DNA of 63,910 bases, counting the filler, from Squatina squatina (lineage: Eukaryota): NCBI GenBank assembly GCA_031763465.1. It is 3 parts of 3 records of this genome, joined end to end, with 100 filler letters (N's around TTAATTAATTAA, not from the genome) between each part and the next. Parts side by side here need not be neighbours in the genome. Positions count along the whole stretch, not along the records: positions 1 to 24,684 come from JARFOE010000189.1; 2 more parts are not named here. One strand, 5' to 3'. The position numbers and the translations under genes were made by a program. Shown here piece by piece: positions 1 to 13,396 of the stretch. The notes under the pieces were generated by a model that saw only the letters and a list, made by a program, of their open reading frames with translations, did no database searches and was not told the origin of the DNA. Each line of letters starts with the position of its first letter. Position 1 is the stretch's first letter.

Positions 1-589
1 AAACATGCATGGTACAACTGGCATTCTGTCCCTCTTGCCCATGCCACCTGTGCATTGACTGATGAAGAAGTCTTGACTTATGCTCATGACTATAGGAATG
101 TTAGAACTTAGAATGGGAGAAAATAAATTACATTTATATAAAAAAACAACTTTGAGAACTTAATTAAAATCACCCTGCAGTAAAAATAGCATTTCAGCGT
201 TGTCTAAGTAGGTCACATTGTTAAGAATTCAAGTATGCAAAGTAACAATTTGTAATAATGATGAATAGATACAAAACATCAAAGGCTATTTTGGCATGTA
301 ATATTTTTGGCAACATCGCTCGAGTGTTGATTTTATTTTAGATTCATAGTTGGTGCTCACTAACAAAATAACTAAGCTGAAGGTTTATGCTAGTCATTTT
401 ATTGATCGGGAAAGATCAGTACTTACAATCTAATTCAGTATAGAGTACATGCACTTTAACTATAACAGACAACGGCTTTGCTTTTTCAGTGTTTAGCACT
501 CTTTGGGTCACTGGCATGAGTTTGGTTTAGAACACCTGCACACTTTTCAAAACAGGTGAACTCGGGCCAAATATCATGACAAACTTTAG

Positions 590-750
590 CAGCCAATTTG
601 AGCACACCAAGGTCCCACAAACAGCAATGAGATAAATGATAAGTTCATCTGTTTTTGGAGGTGCTGATTGAGGGATAATTATTGGTCAGGACACCAGAAT
701 TCCCTTGCTCTTCTACGAATAGTGCAATGGAATCCTTTTACATCACATCA
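590..750 (-). mobile_element. Deu-domain SINE fragment (SacSINE1/AmnSINE-like)
   Basis: The reverse complement resembles the Deu domain (…ATCCCTCAA…CATTTATCTCATTGCTGTTTGTGGGACCTTG…AAATTGGCT). Homologous to 51340-51745. Confidence 0.65.
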
Positions 751-1258
751 GTGAAACAGCTTGGTTACTACCCAAATACTTGCTCCCTTTCAGTGGTTGT
801 GGCAGAGTAGTTTTTAAAGTAACTGGTGGTTTGACACTGAAATCCACATGTTCAATTATAGTGGTTGGATTCCACAAGTTTCTGAAGGTGCTTGTCCATT
901 TTGATTTAAATGTTACCTTGGATAGTTAAAATAGCAAGTTAAGTGTTGAATTATTTGAAATTAACTTAATTTCATTGTTACAAAATACTATATCTCGTCT
1001 GCCTTTTCAATGTCCTGAGTAAACTTAAGTTGCATTTAGAAGACAATACTGATCAGAATTGTAATTAAAATACTCAACATATTTAAAAATTATACTGTGC
1101 GAGTCAAATCCAAAATGGCTATTCATAATCTGTATTTTTACTTTTAGCCGTTATGCAGTTGCCTGGTCAATGATTCACTACATACAATGTCTTTCAAAAG
1201 TTTTAAAGCTCTGCAATACTCTTCAGTATGATTAATTATAAGGAAGAATTCAGCATCA

Positions 1259-1471
<213 letters not shown>

Positions 1472-4400
1472 TCATGTTTTACACTTCACAAGTTACCTGT
1501 TTTATAAAATGAACGGCTAATCAAATAGCAAACATTAAGCTTTAATGAAGCTTGGTACCTACCTTTGACAATAGTCTTCCTCAATCTATATCTATCTATG
1601 GGAATAGGGAAAGTCACAGAATTTGTTAAAGTTTTGTTCACTGCAGACACAAGAGCCCAGTGACCCCTGTTCGAAAATAGGGATACCTGAAAGCTTTGTG
1701 GTTATGTGAATGATTCGAGACAAGTAAGGGGTTAATCTCGTGCTGGGCTTCAGGTTTTGTTTTCCTGGGAAAAAGGTTGTGTAAGGCTTTGAGACAGTTT
1801 CACTCAGCGAGAGTAGGGAGTGAATTCTACATTCCACAAAGAGGCGCAGAGAATGACCTCAGCCATGCCATGTATTGACGCACCAAAAATAGCATCATCT
1901 TTAGATACCAAGCCTAGGCAAGAGTCTTTAAGTAAAAGATTGTGAATTTTACCCCACTTGACCATTTTATAAATGAAGCTTAGGGACAAAATGAGTTTTT
2001 GAACTTGAAGATGTTGACCTGTCAGTTTATAACAAAGGGAGAGAATACCATAAGAATCTAGTGATAATTTTAGTAACACGTACCTAAAAGTTTAGTTGTC
2101 AAATTAGAGCAAACAATTGACTGGATATGAAATAATGCTACAGCTCCCAATGACATCTACACAGCTTAACCTGCATTCAACTTCTATGGGGCACAATGAC
2201 AAAACATTACTTTTAATCAACAATCCCATTGGCAAGGCCCAAGGACAGGACATGGAAAACACGATGCCTAGTGCAAATATATACTGGGGCACCTCCAAGA
2301 ATAAAAACAAAGTGCCGCATCGTGGAGTAATGCATATCACTGCCCAAACTTCAACCACCTCCAGAACGAGACAGTGCCAGATTTAAAGTTAGAATTCAAC
2401 CAGCTGATTCTGAAGCAGAAAAGAGTCAAACCTTGTCTTCTGGGAGAACACTATCACACTGCTGCTGCTGACTATACAAAAGAACTGTGAACTAACCTGT
2501 ATCCACAGTTCTTGTGCAACATGGGAACGGCAAAAGATTATTTGGCTCTTATAATTTTCCATTTGAAATTTGTGCAAGGCATATTGTGCCTATGACTGCC
2601 CTCATTGCATGTCAAGCCTATCTTACGCATGTGAAGGATCCCATCATTAAGGACCATTTTATAAGGCTGTGTAATAGAAAAAAAAACCTCAGTTCATAAA
2701 TGGATTAGACTAGGAGTTATTTTACCATTGGTTACGCACTAAATTTGCTCCTGTTGTGGCTAAAATGTAGTTCTCATAAAGATTTGAACTTTTAATTTAA
2801 CTAAACATATACATAAAAGGAAGTATTTTTAATTCAGGATTGGTATGCAGACCATTTTTGACAGAACGATCAAAAGTTTTGCCAACATTGCCAATTGTGA
2901 ATTAGAGAACAAGCCAGGAACAGCTTATTAAAGAATTGAACTGGAATGCATTCGGGGAAAAAATGGTCAAAAGCAATAAATTATTTTCTCCTATGAAGGA
3001 CCACTTAAAGACCATGTATTCGCAAGAGCCAAAATTTGTCATTTGCATTTCTGACATCCCTGTGACTAATTTGAAAACTGAGCAGGAGCCCTTGGGCACT
3101 ACTCACCCAGACAGGCAGATGAATTTCACAAATCCTTAAATGGAAATGGAGCCAAGAAAAAGCCAAAACATTGGTTACGGTGCCCTAACCTATAACAAGT
3201 GATTTGGCATGGCAAAAACATTTAATAGGCATGGTTGCAAGGTTAAAATTACAAAAATGTTGGGCAGTTGAAAATATCACCCCCCCCCCACCGCATCCTG
3301 ATCAATTTCTCTCCTCACCACCACCTCAATTTCAATTACCAATGTTCTGCTTTTCTTCATTCAACTAACGCTGCAGGAAATTTCCAGCTGGTTACTGAAT
3401 TACCTGCTCTTGCAGTCAGCAGGCACTCTGCCCTGCTCACTAGCACTGTATAAAATTAGAGTCTGAACAAAAGTGCTGCTGAGCAAAGTGGTCCTGACTG
3501 CTTAACAACTGTTAAGATCAGTTGCTCATAAAGACTCCACACACACTCAGGTCTGCTCACCAGCATCTGAATTCAAATTCTACTTTTAAATAAAGCTAGT
3601 GAGCTGAACACTTAACGATGGAGACTGGCTGTTACAGTAATCAATTGCAAATTTCCTTCCGTGTTAGGTGGGCTGAATATGGGTACTTCAATAGATTCTG
3701 CTGATTAAAATTAAAAGGGAGAAACTGAGCAGGAAAGTTGCACTGGCAGGTCATGGGACTCATGTCACACTGTCTCCAATCATGTGCCTCACCAATTACN
3801 NNNNNNNNNNNNNNNNNNNNNNNNNNNNNNNNNNNNNNNNNNNNNNNNNNNNNNNNNNNNNNNNNNNNNNNNNNNNNNNNNNNNNNNNNNNNNNNNNNNN
3901 NNNNNNNNNNNNNNNNNNNNNNNNNNNNNNNNNNNNNNNNNNNNNNNNNNNNNNNNNNNNNNNNNNNNNNNNNNNNNNNNNNNNNNNNNNNNNNNNNNNN
4001 NNNNNNNNNNNNNNNNNNNNNNNNNNNNNNNNNNNNNNNNNNNNNNNNNNNNNNNNNNNNNNNNNNNNNNNNNNNNNNNNNNNNNNNNNNNNNNNNNNNN
4101 NNNNNNNNNNNNNNNNNNNNNNNNNNNNNNNNNNNNNNNNNNNNNNNNNNNNNNNNNNNNNNNNNNNNNNNNNNNNNNNNNNNNNNNNNNNNNNNNNNNN
4201 NNNNNNNNNNNNNNNNNNNNNNNNNNNNNNNNNNNNNNNNNNNNNNNNNNNNNNNNNNNNNNNNNNNNNNNNNNNNNNNNNNNNNNNNNNNNNNNNNNNN
4301 NNNNNNNNNNNNNNNNNNNNNNNNNNNNNNNNNNNNNNNNNNNNNNNNNNNNNNNNNNNNNNNNNNNNNNNNNNNNNNNNNNNNNNNNNNNNNNNNNNNN

Positions 4401-4646
4401 NNNNNNNNNNNNNNNNNNNNNNNNNNNNNNNNNNNNNNNNNNNNNNNNNNNNNNNNNNNNNNNNNNNNNNNNNNNNNNNNNNNNNNNNNNNNNNNNNNNN
4501 NNNNNNNNNNNNNNNNNNNNNNNNNNNNNNNNNTGCTTCTGTTCAGACACAGGCCATCAACAAATTAGATACTCAAGGATTTTTGTGTACTGCAATTCAT
4601 AAAAACAGTTTTGCTGTCACAGGATAAAACAAATCAAACATCATAC

Positions 4647-4725
4647 CTGATGTTTCAATGTAATAATGGGTAATGGCCTTCCAATGATACACAAAGTCTT
4701 CTTGCAGCGGAAGGGAAGGAGCCAA
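4647..4725 (-). CDS. FHIP2A: FHIP2A coding exon 2 ([26 protein letters not shown])
   Basis: Acceptor tttgtag|TTG, 79 nt, donor TCAG|GTATGA. Phase fits exons 1 and 3. Not in the ORF track because it is too short. Confidence 0.93.
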
Positions 4726-6004
4726 CTACAAAATTCAAAATAGAAATGAAAACAGCAGTTTAGACTTGTTGGAAGTTAAAGTGGTGATGAATAATACTCT
4801 AAGTGAAGTATTTCGCTGGTGTATGTAATTAAACAAAGCGACAAACTAATTTATGAATCACCTACTAAAGCTTTAGAATGGAGACAAAAATGAAGGTTGA
4901 AGAAATTNNNNNNNNNNTATTTAGGACAGTGACATTCCAATACCATAAATATAGGTCATTGGCTGACTGTATTAAAGTAAAATATTATCCAAATTAAGAG
5001 CAATTGATGTTTTTCAGATGTCAGTAGAAAATACATACCAGGTTTTTATTTATGTCTCATATCAAATCTAAATTTTCACAAAAATGTACTTCATATGGTT
5101 TAGCAAATGCAAATCCCATCCCCTCTGCTGTGTTCAGGTTTTCATTCCTGTTGAGGAGTGAATATTACACTTTCCAGATGGGTGTAATTTCATCTGACTA
5201 ACCATTATTTTACACTGACCAATAGTAGACTCCGAATATTCCATATCTCGATCCAAAAAACAAGGCTGGTGAAATTACCTCAAATTATTTCTACATGCAA
5301 ACCGTGTATAAAAAAAACAAGTGTTTGAATCATCTCATAGAAAGTTATTTTTTTTTCATCTTGGCGCAATTGCATTTTTCAGAACTGAACCCGACATTTA
5401 AATGCTTGGTCAAGTTTCTTCTTAGTGTATTGTCATGTGTTACTCAGCCTTAAAGAATTGTGTGTGCAGTCTTTGGACCATTATTGCAATAACTACAACT
5501 GTTATCCTCACATGTTGAAAAGTTAACAGTTAAAACCCAACAAATCTGTGTATAAATTCACCCTGCCTTTTAAGGCTACAAAATCCGATTGAAATAACTA
5601 AACACAGCCTGAGGTCAATCAAAATGTAATTGTTGCTTGTTGAGGGAAAGTTGCAGAATGGAAATTGTAAGTTTCTGGTTCCAGGGCATTAAAGACACGA
5701 TGAAATGACTGCCATTCTTTTTTTAAAAATAACTTTAACACTCTGGACATTGATACCTAGAGTGCAAGTGACACTCAAAGTTTTTCTCCAAATACAAGCT
5801 GTAACATTTTTTTACAAGCCTGAAATTTGGGAACATTACAGGCACATTTTTTTGGTTAAGTCTTGCAATGTAGTAACAGTACACTTCTCCACATGGTGAA
5901 TTCCTGCTCCTTACTATGCTGTTCAGGGAACGGGAGTGGAGAAAGCTGGGCCAAATATAGTTCAGGTACTACTCTGCAGGGAGGAAGGGGAATGTGAATA
6001 GTTG

Positions 6005-6350
6005 AAAACAAAATGCTGCGAAAGTCAGCTGGGCAGGCAGCAGCTGGAGAGAGAAACTGTTAAGGTTTCAAGTGGCTGATCTTTTGTCCAAACTGGAAGT
6101 AGTTAGAGATGTAACTGGTTTTAAGCAAGTGCAGAGGCTAGGAAAGGAAGGTCTGTGATGAAGACGGGAGAGATTAAATGACAAAAGGGGTGGGTATGGG
6201 ACAAGTAAAGAAACAAAAGATGGGCCTAGAGGAGCTTTAAATAGCAACAGCAGAACCATTGCCAGCACCTGCTCTCTAAAAACAAGAGCAGTGGTTATGT
6301 TGTGAAATTGTTAAACTCTATGTTGAGTCCGGAGGGCTGTAAAAGTGCTG
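6005..6350 (-). mobile_element. Penelope-like element 3' end (ORF C-terminus and 3'UTR)
   Basis: The minus strand encodes LQPSGLNIEFNNF*, a Penelope GIY-YIG C-terminal motif, followed by a tail related to 18535-18670. Confidence 0.6.
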
Positions 6351-6915
6351 AGTTGAACAACCGGGGAATAGTGTCAGGTGGGGGACCAAAATTGGAGGAC
6401 CTTTTTTCCTAATCTACAAGAGTACACAAAATTTNNNNNNNNNNTTAGAATCTGTTTTGACAAGCTTTTGATTTTTGAAGAATGAATTCAAGTCTTTAGA
6501 TGTGTGAACTGGATACCTTCATCCAATAAATTCTCCAATGGAGCAAAGGCTTCCTGGAAGATCAGTTGAGTTTTACTAATTGCCTACATTAGGGTCTTGG
6601 TAAATGTAACCAGCCTCTCTCTGTTTTAGTAATGCTGCATGCTAGCCATGTTCCAGTACTAGAAAGACAGGAAATTATGTGGAAAGGAACCTCAAAATAC
6701 AATAGTCCTATGCAAGAGGCTTCCTTGTAGCTATCTTTGTTTGTGCCATTGAGTGGCATAAAATGCTATAGTGCTGCTCTGTTTANNNNNNNNNNNNNNN
6801 NNNNNNNNNNNNNNNNNNNNNNNNNNNNNNNNNNNNNNNNNNNNNNNNNNNNNNNNNNNNNNNNNNNNNNNNNNNNNNNNNNNNNGGAGGGGGCCGTAGG
6901 GGGCCCCGCACTCAC

Positions 6916-6960
6916 CGCCTCCACCGCCTGCTGCAGGATGTTGGTGAATTTGCTGAACAT
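6916..6960 (-). CDS. FHIP2A: FHIP2A/FAM160B1 coding exon 1 (MFSKFTNILQQAVEA)
   Basis: ATG at 6960 in a GCCAAGATG context, 45 nt, ending at donor GCG|GTGAGT. The peptide matches the recalled vertebrate FAM160B1 N-terminus. Lies in a CpG-rich island. Confidence 0.93.
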
Positions 6961-7219
6961 CTTGGCCTTGGACTCGCGGATTTCCCGACGGATCTTCTCC
7001 TTGGATTCCTCAATCTTCTTCCTGGTTCGATCCAGCCTGGCTGTTCATGCGGCCCGGCTCACCACCCCCCCGACTCACACGCAGTTTAAAAAAAAAACAA
7101 TTGATGACAATGAAGCGGACGCGGGCAGACAGCAGCAGGCTGAAGAGCCGCCGACAGTAAACACCGAACACGACCGACACCGTGGCACCGCGCACACTGA
7201 CTGCTGGTCCGAGTCGCAG

Positions 7220-7600
7220 CGCGCTCCTCCCAGCGCCAGGGTGCGCATAGGAGCTCGGTCCGCACCGTCTCACTCACTCACTGACTGGCTGCGCGGTCCT
7301 CCCAGTGCCCAGGGGGCGCACAGGAGCTCAGTCTGCACTGTCTTCCTCACTGGCTGATAGTGCGGTCATCCAGGCGTCAGAGGGCGCACAAGAGCACAGT
7401 CTGCACTGTCTCACTGACTGACTGATGATGTGGTCCTCCCGGCGCCAGGGGGCGCACAGTCTGCAGTCGGCTCGGTCTCACACACTTATAGTGCGATCAT
7501 TCCGGCGCCAGGGGGCGGTAAAGAGCACCGGCGGTACCGAGAGACACAGCATCAGGAAACACTGTTTGCAATCCTACTCTCTGAACAGCAGGGGGCGGAG
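7220..7600 (+). repeat. Degenerate ~68-bp tandem repeat (5 units plus an isolated core), each with a CTCF-like CCAG(G/A)GGGCG core
   Basis: Cores at 7236, 7309, 7377, 7445, 7508 and 7588. Units share flanks such as gcggtcctccc...cacaggagctcagtctgcactgtctcactgactg. Confidence 0.75.
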
Positions 7601-9639
7601 GGGCGTTTGGCCTTAAAGGCGCAGCAACATTGAGCAAACTCACTGCTGGCAGCAGGATCCTCCCAGGGTCAGGGAGTTTAATACAGGCAGTTCAAGGCAC
7701 AGGAACAGTTTNNNNNNNNNNNNNNNNNNNNNNNNNNNNNNNNNNNNNNNNNNNNNNNNNNNNNNNNNNNNNNNNNNNNNNNNNNNNNNNNNNNNNNNNN
7801 NNNNNNNNNNNAATTGCCTCGTCCCCTTATCAAAACAGCTTAATCGAGTTGCGCTGAAATTACGTCCCATCCGCATCACGGCAGAAAAAAATCATTAAAG
7901 GGGCCAATTTTGCAAATTTTCACACCAGCGCTGAAACGGTGCACAAATCACACCATTTCAGTACCTTGCGCTACCAGCACGGCGCTGTCCAATTGGGCCC
8001 TCCAAATGTTCTCCCACTGTACTCAATCTGCGGAGTTCCTTTTGCTTCAGTTTATTATTACATCTTAATAAACTCACATGAGTGTATAGTCTCATAGTGT
8101 ATTATTTTTCTGCTGATTTTGGAGACATCAGGAATTACAGTATATATATTGATGAGAAAAGGAGTTTATTGTTCATCCTGGACATGCTACACCTAAGATA
8201 CTTTGTATGCAGGTCACGATTTGGTTCATAGAAAGCGAGGATTTTCTATGAAAGTAGATTTTTGCCATGGGTACAAGAAAATATTATCAGTAGGGGGCCT
8301 GAATCATAACTACAAAGATAATGTTATTTTTAAGAATTCTTATTTTTGTTTAGAAACACTGATAAAAAGTAACAACTGATTTTGCTGGAGTAAATAAGGA
8401 AAAACAAGTTAACTTGATAGAAACCACCAGTTGAAAGTAAATGTCTTAGATTGTCATATTTTAAGCTCAAGACAATAGCATTCTCTTTTGTTCATTAGCA
8501 TAAAGCCTGTTTCCTGTAGCATATTCCCCGCACCCCCCCATNNNNNNNNNNGAACAATTTGAGGTAAAACCCTTTCAGTTTTAGTGATATGGATAGAATT
8601 ACTATCAAACACTTTGAAAACATGATCACTCAAAATGTAAAGAGGCATTAAAGAATATTGCCAGGGATCCACTCTGGCATAATCAATCCTTCAACCATAA
8701 TTGAAAGACAGCCTATTTACTTCAAAATCTAAACTAAACTGGAAACTATGAGGAGAATACTGAGAGTGTTGGGCATAAAAGAACTTTGGACAGTTTTCCT
8801 TGGATAAGTACACACCACTTACCGCCATCCATTAAGACTCCACTTAACCCGAACTAACGTGTGACAATAAATTGAAACATAAAATTAACATGTAACTACA
8901 ATAGTTGCATTTAAGCACCGAAAAAAGGCAATGGATCCTTTATTCTAATGCTATCTTACAGTAATCCTGCTGCTACTGCTACTGTTCAATCAAAACATTA
9001 ATTGAAAAAAAAACGACAAGTCTTTTTGTTTGCTTCTTTCATGAAGAGAAGGAGTTCTCATTGTGATGGGTGCCTGTGGCATGTGAAATGTAATTCAATA
9101 ACTCGGTTGGCGGGGGAGGGTTCATACAATAAGGAAAGATCGCAATGTTTCTATCTGAAAACTCAAAAGGACAGGCATCCCTCTGATTCTTCTGCTTGCT
9201 TATCTTACCTTATCCTTGGTACGTGGATGTGACTAAATAAGAATGAATCATGTTTGCCAACAATGCTATTTCAGAGAGCTGAATGCTTATTGTAAATATG
9301 CTGTGGCAGTGTGGGAGCACATGGGCCGGCGCTCCAATCAGATTGTACACCTTCCAGTGACTTAAATGGAGTCGCTTTGGAGAAAGACCAGTGGAACAAG
9401 TCACTTGTCCACCCTCTTGGCTGTAGATGGTTCATGGCCAGCTGGTTCCCTTTTGGAAAAAGAGAGAAAGTAAGATTGCTGTGGAGCCCTCAGAATAAAA
9501 CAATATTATCATACAATGCCATAATATTCATCACTGAACTGATTTTTGTTCTAAATCCTGGTCAAGTGTCAAAGTTTGCAGACAGTTAATAGCCATTAAC
9601 AGAAATCATTTTCACCAAAATGAAGATTTTGTATTGACG

Positions 9640-9925
9640 GGTATGCCCTTACGCTGTTCAAACAGGCTGCTGCGCCTGTTTGCACCAAATCTTAAGGCGT
9701 AATTGCTGGGCCGCTGGTGGGCAAATTCGCCTAACTCTGCACCAGAAATTAGGATTTCCATGTCGGTGCTGATCATCTGTCCAGTCGGAACTTGATAGAT
9801 CGCAAGTTCGGGATTTCCGCTTGCGCTTGTACAAGCGCTAAATCCCAAACTCGCTGTCCATTTCAAAGGCGGTATGACCGTGTACTCTGAGAGTACACCA
9901 TCATATCGACTGCAAAATATGGGCT
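9640..9925. mobile_element. GC-rich non-autonomous DNA transposon terminus with internal hairpins
   Basis: CpG-rich island. Internal inverted repeats include agttcgggattt/aaatcccaaact and gtgtactct/agagtacac. The end resembles other Harbinger-like termini in the window. Confidence 0.4.
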
Positions 9926-12759
9926 AATATTATTCCAGAGACATATCCGCCCATTCAAAATTTAAATGGAACAAAACTATGCAAAATGAGGTGAATTGAA
10001 GTTTATGTGACAACCTTTCCTTCTCTGTACTTGATGGTTGCTATTGCTCGCGAGATAAGGAGACTCGGAAACCAGTTTGCAGGCGTCATTGTCAGTTTGA
10101 AAATAGAAAAGTAATATTCCTTTTACTACTAAAGCACAACTCTAACTCAAAATATTTTGACACTTAAACTATGTATCTGTCATGATTTGATTGTGTTACA
10201 TACATTAATGGCCAAATATAACAAGTGTGTACTTGGGAACAAGCACTTTGATTGAAATATTGGTAATTGTGAGATAGACCCATCTGTTGTAGAGATTATT
10301 TTACCAGCAGCTGCTGACTGCGGCATTGCTTTCACTAAAGCCAATTTTAAAAAGCTCTCTAATAAGATCAGAGCATTGCTCGCGCAGATATCAGCACACA
10401 TTCCAGCTGACATTCAATACAATAATCAGACTTAAATGTAAAGTTAACAAGGCAGACACCAAGTTCACAAATCCTCACTCCCTCTTACCAATGCTTTCAG
10501 AATTTGAATTAAAACTTTAAAAATGTTTCGGTCAGGTAAAGCTCAACTTGGAAAGGACTTTCATTTGAAAAAGATCTGTGAAGAAATTTTTAAATTCTTC
10601 ACTTCCATGATTCTGGGATGACCAGAAACACAACTGAATGGACTGGATTGTTAACGTTTGAGCTTTTCCCCAACATCTTTTCTCATATAAGCTGCTTGGC
10701 AACAGCTTCTGTAAGTTCTNNNNNNNNNNNNNNNNNNNNNNNNNNNNNNNNNNNNNNNNNNNNNNNNNNNNNNNNNNNNNNNNNNNNNNNNNNNNNNNNN
10801 NNNNNNNNNNNNNNNNNNNNNNNNNNNNNNNNNNNNNNNNNNNNNNNNNNNNNNNNNNNNNNNNNNNNNNNNNNNNNNNNNNNNNNNNNNNNNNNNNNNN
10901 NNNNNNNNNNNNNNNNNNNNNNNNNNNNNNNNNNNNNNNNNNNNNNNNNNNNNNNNNNNNNNNNNNNNNNNNNNNNNNNNNNNNNNNNNNNNNNNNNNNN
11001 NNNNNNNNNNNNNNNNNNNNNNNNNNNNNNNNNNNNNNNNNNNNNNNNNNNNNNNNNNNNNNNNNNNNNNNNNNNNNNNNNNNNNNNNNNNNNNNNNNNN
11101 NNNNNNNNNNNNNNNNNNNNNNNNNNNNNNNNNNNNNNNNNNNNNNNNNNNNNNNNNNNNNNNNNNNNNNNNNNNNNNNNNNNNNNNNNNNNNNNNNNNN
11201 NNNNNNNNNNNNNNNNNNNNNNNNNNNNNNNNNNNNNNNNNNNNNNNNNNNNNNNNNNNNNNNNNNNNNNNNNNNNNNNNNNNNNNNNNNNNNNNNNNNN
11301 NNNNNNNNNNNNNNNNNNNNNNNNNNNNNNNNNNNNNNNNNNNNNNNNNNNNNNNNNNNNNNNNNNNNNNNNNNNNNNNNNNNNNNNNNNNNNNNNNNNN
11401 NNNNNNNNNNNNNNNNNNNNNNNNNNNNNNNNNNNNNNNNNNNNNNNNNNNNNNNNNNNNNNNNNNNNNNNNNNNNNNNNNNNNNNNNNNNNNNNNNNNN
11501 NNNNNNNNNNNNNNNNNNNNNNNNNNNNNNNNNNNNNNNNNNNNNNNNNNNNNNNNNNNNNNNNNNNNNNNNNNNNNNNNNNNNNNNNNNNNNNNNNNNN
11601 NNNNNNNNAAAAGTTCAATTGAGGCTTTATTCCATTTAAATTTTCAAAAGCAAATATATCTCATGAAGGGATTTGGAGAAATGCCAAGAAAATAATCAGA
11701 TTTTCCTACAAGCTTGGGAAACTAATGGCCTTTCTCTCATCAAACAGTAATGTAACCAGTTAAAGGAAAAGTTGAGATAATTTTGTAGCGAACTGTTAGA
11801 AACTAACATGCATAGATGAAGAGCATACGATTCACTCCACCGGGAAACAGAGTTATTTTGTGCCCTTTACCACAACTGACCCCAATACTGTGAATATTTT
11901 TTTGTGTTGGCCAATGAGCCTGGAAAGATTGAATGTACCCATGAGTGAAATGTGGATTAAAAAAATAGGTTGTGTTGTTGGAAAAAATTGCCTCGGCTAA
12001 TTACTTCACCTGTAGACACCTTCTCCAATTCATAAATACCAGTGAGCAGTGTACACTACACATGACCAGTAAAAAGCTATCTTATTGCTATTCCTACTGC
12101 TTTAATACACTTTTTCTCTAAATAGTGAGTGCTTCTTGATTTTAACACTGTAATTCGTGGCTTTTAATTGCACATTGTACACATGTAGGAAAGAGAAAAT
12201 GCCACCATGCTGCACTATGTAGGTCCTGTTTCAGGACACAATCTGAACATAACCTGATGAGTCTAGCAGTATGAATAAGATGCTTCATCTGTGAAGTTTG
12301 GCTTGCAGCATCTTTAGTTTGTGATGATCTCCTTTTGGTTCCCTTATTCAAGGTTCTCATCAAATTATACCTCTGTACACATTGTTCATTCAGTTATACT
12401 ATCTGACATGCTTCAATCATGATCCCATTTGCAAATCTTCTTTAATTTTTTGCAGTGAGCTAAGTGATTAATAAAGGTGATTCACTGCCATTGTTGGTCT
12501 AAACCTGACAGATGAATGAGGGTGGCTACAGCAATTTGGTGGTGAAATCATGCTGTGCAATATTATCATACAGGTGTGTTGTCACATTATATGAAATTCC
12601 TCGTGCTCTATTTTATCAGAAGCATTACCCTATTTATTTTAACTAATACAGACCGCTATTTATTTCTTAAAGTAGAAAATCAATACCTGCCTTTATATAG
12701 CTTCTTATCACACCTCAAAGTTATTCACATCTGGTGAATTACTGTGAGTGTTGTCAGGT

Positions 12760-13150
12760 AACCTCCATTCCCTCCACCATCAGCGTGCAGTGGTTGCAGT
12801 GTGTAGTATCTACAGGATGTACTGCAGCAACTCACCAAGGGTTCTTCAGCAGCACCTCCAAAACACACGACCTGCACCACCTAGAACAACAAGAGCAACA
12901 GATACATGGAAACACCACCACCTCCAAGTGCCCCTCCCAAGTCGCACACCATCCTGACTTGGAAAAAATCAGTGTTCCTTTGGTGTTGCTGGGTCAAAAT
13001 TCTGAAACTCCCTGCCTAACAGCATTGTGGGAATACCTTTATCACATGGACTGCAGTGGTCCAAGAAGAAGGTCACCGCCTAAGGGCAACTTAGGAAGGG
13101 CAATAAATGTGGGCTTTGCCAGGATGGCCCGCATCCTGGGAATGAATTTT
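12760..13150 (+). mobile_element. Non-LTR retrotransposon (CR1/L2 group) 3' end, decayed
   Basis: Encodes HSLHHQRAVVAVCSIYRMYCSNSPR, like a post-RT C-terminus. The tail gggcaataaatg… is shared with four SINE copies in block 2. Confidence 0.6.
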
Positions 13151-13396
13151 AAAATTTGTAGGTAAACGTGGGAGCAAACAGCAGTGAGATGAATGGCCAT
13201 TGTTTTTGGTTAAGGGAGGAATGTTGGCAAAGGCCAATGTTCAGATTGTCTCACAGGAATGTTAACATCTGAAGGAACAGGCAGACAAGGCCTTAGNNNN
13301 NNNNNNNNNNNNNNNNNNNNNNNNNNNNNNNNNNNNNNNNNNNNNNNNNNNNNNNNNNNNNNNNNNNNNNNNNNNNNNNNNNNNNNNNNNNNNNNN

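Larger units (their letters stand above)
6887..7640 (-). promoter_or_regulatory. CpG island, promoter and 5'UTR of FHIP2A
   Basis: Sharply GC- and CpG-rich segment in an AT-rich background, spanning exon 1 and upstream sequence. Contains GC boxes (GGGGCGG). Confidence 0.75.

Noticed and set aside
3738-4627. Long ORFs made mostly of X (also 10618-11622 and many gap-spanning ORFs)
   Set aside because: They read through N gaps and are artefacts of the ORF caller.
6737-7357. 206-aa plus-strand ORF over the FHIP2A first exon
   Set aside because: It spans a gap and is the antisense shadow of a GC-rich, stop-poor CpG island.
7220-7520. Regularly spaced repeats as a CRISPR array
   Set aside because: Whole units are homologous, with no unique spacers. 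There are no cas genes and the context is vertebrate.
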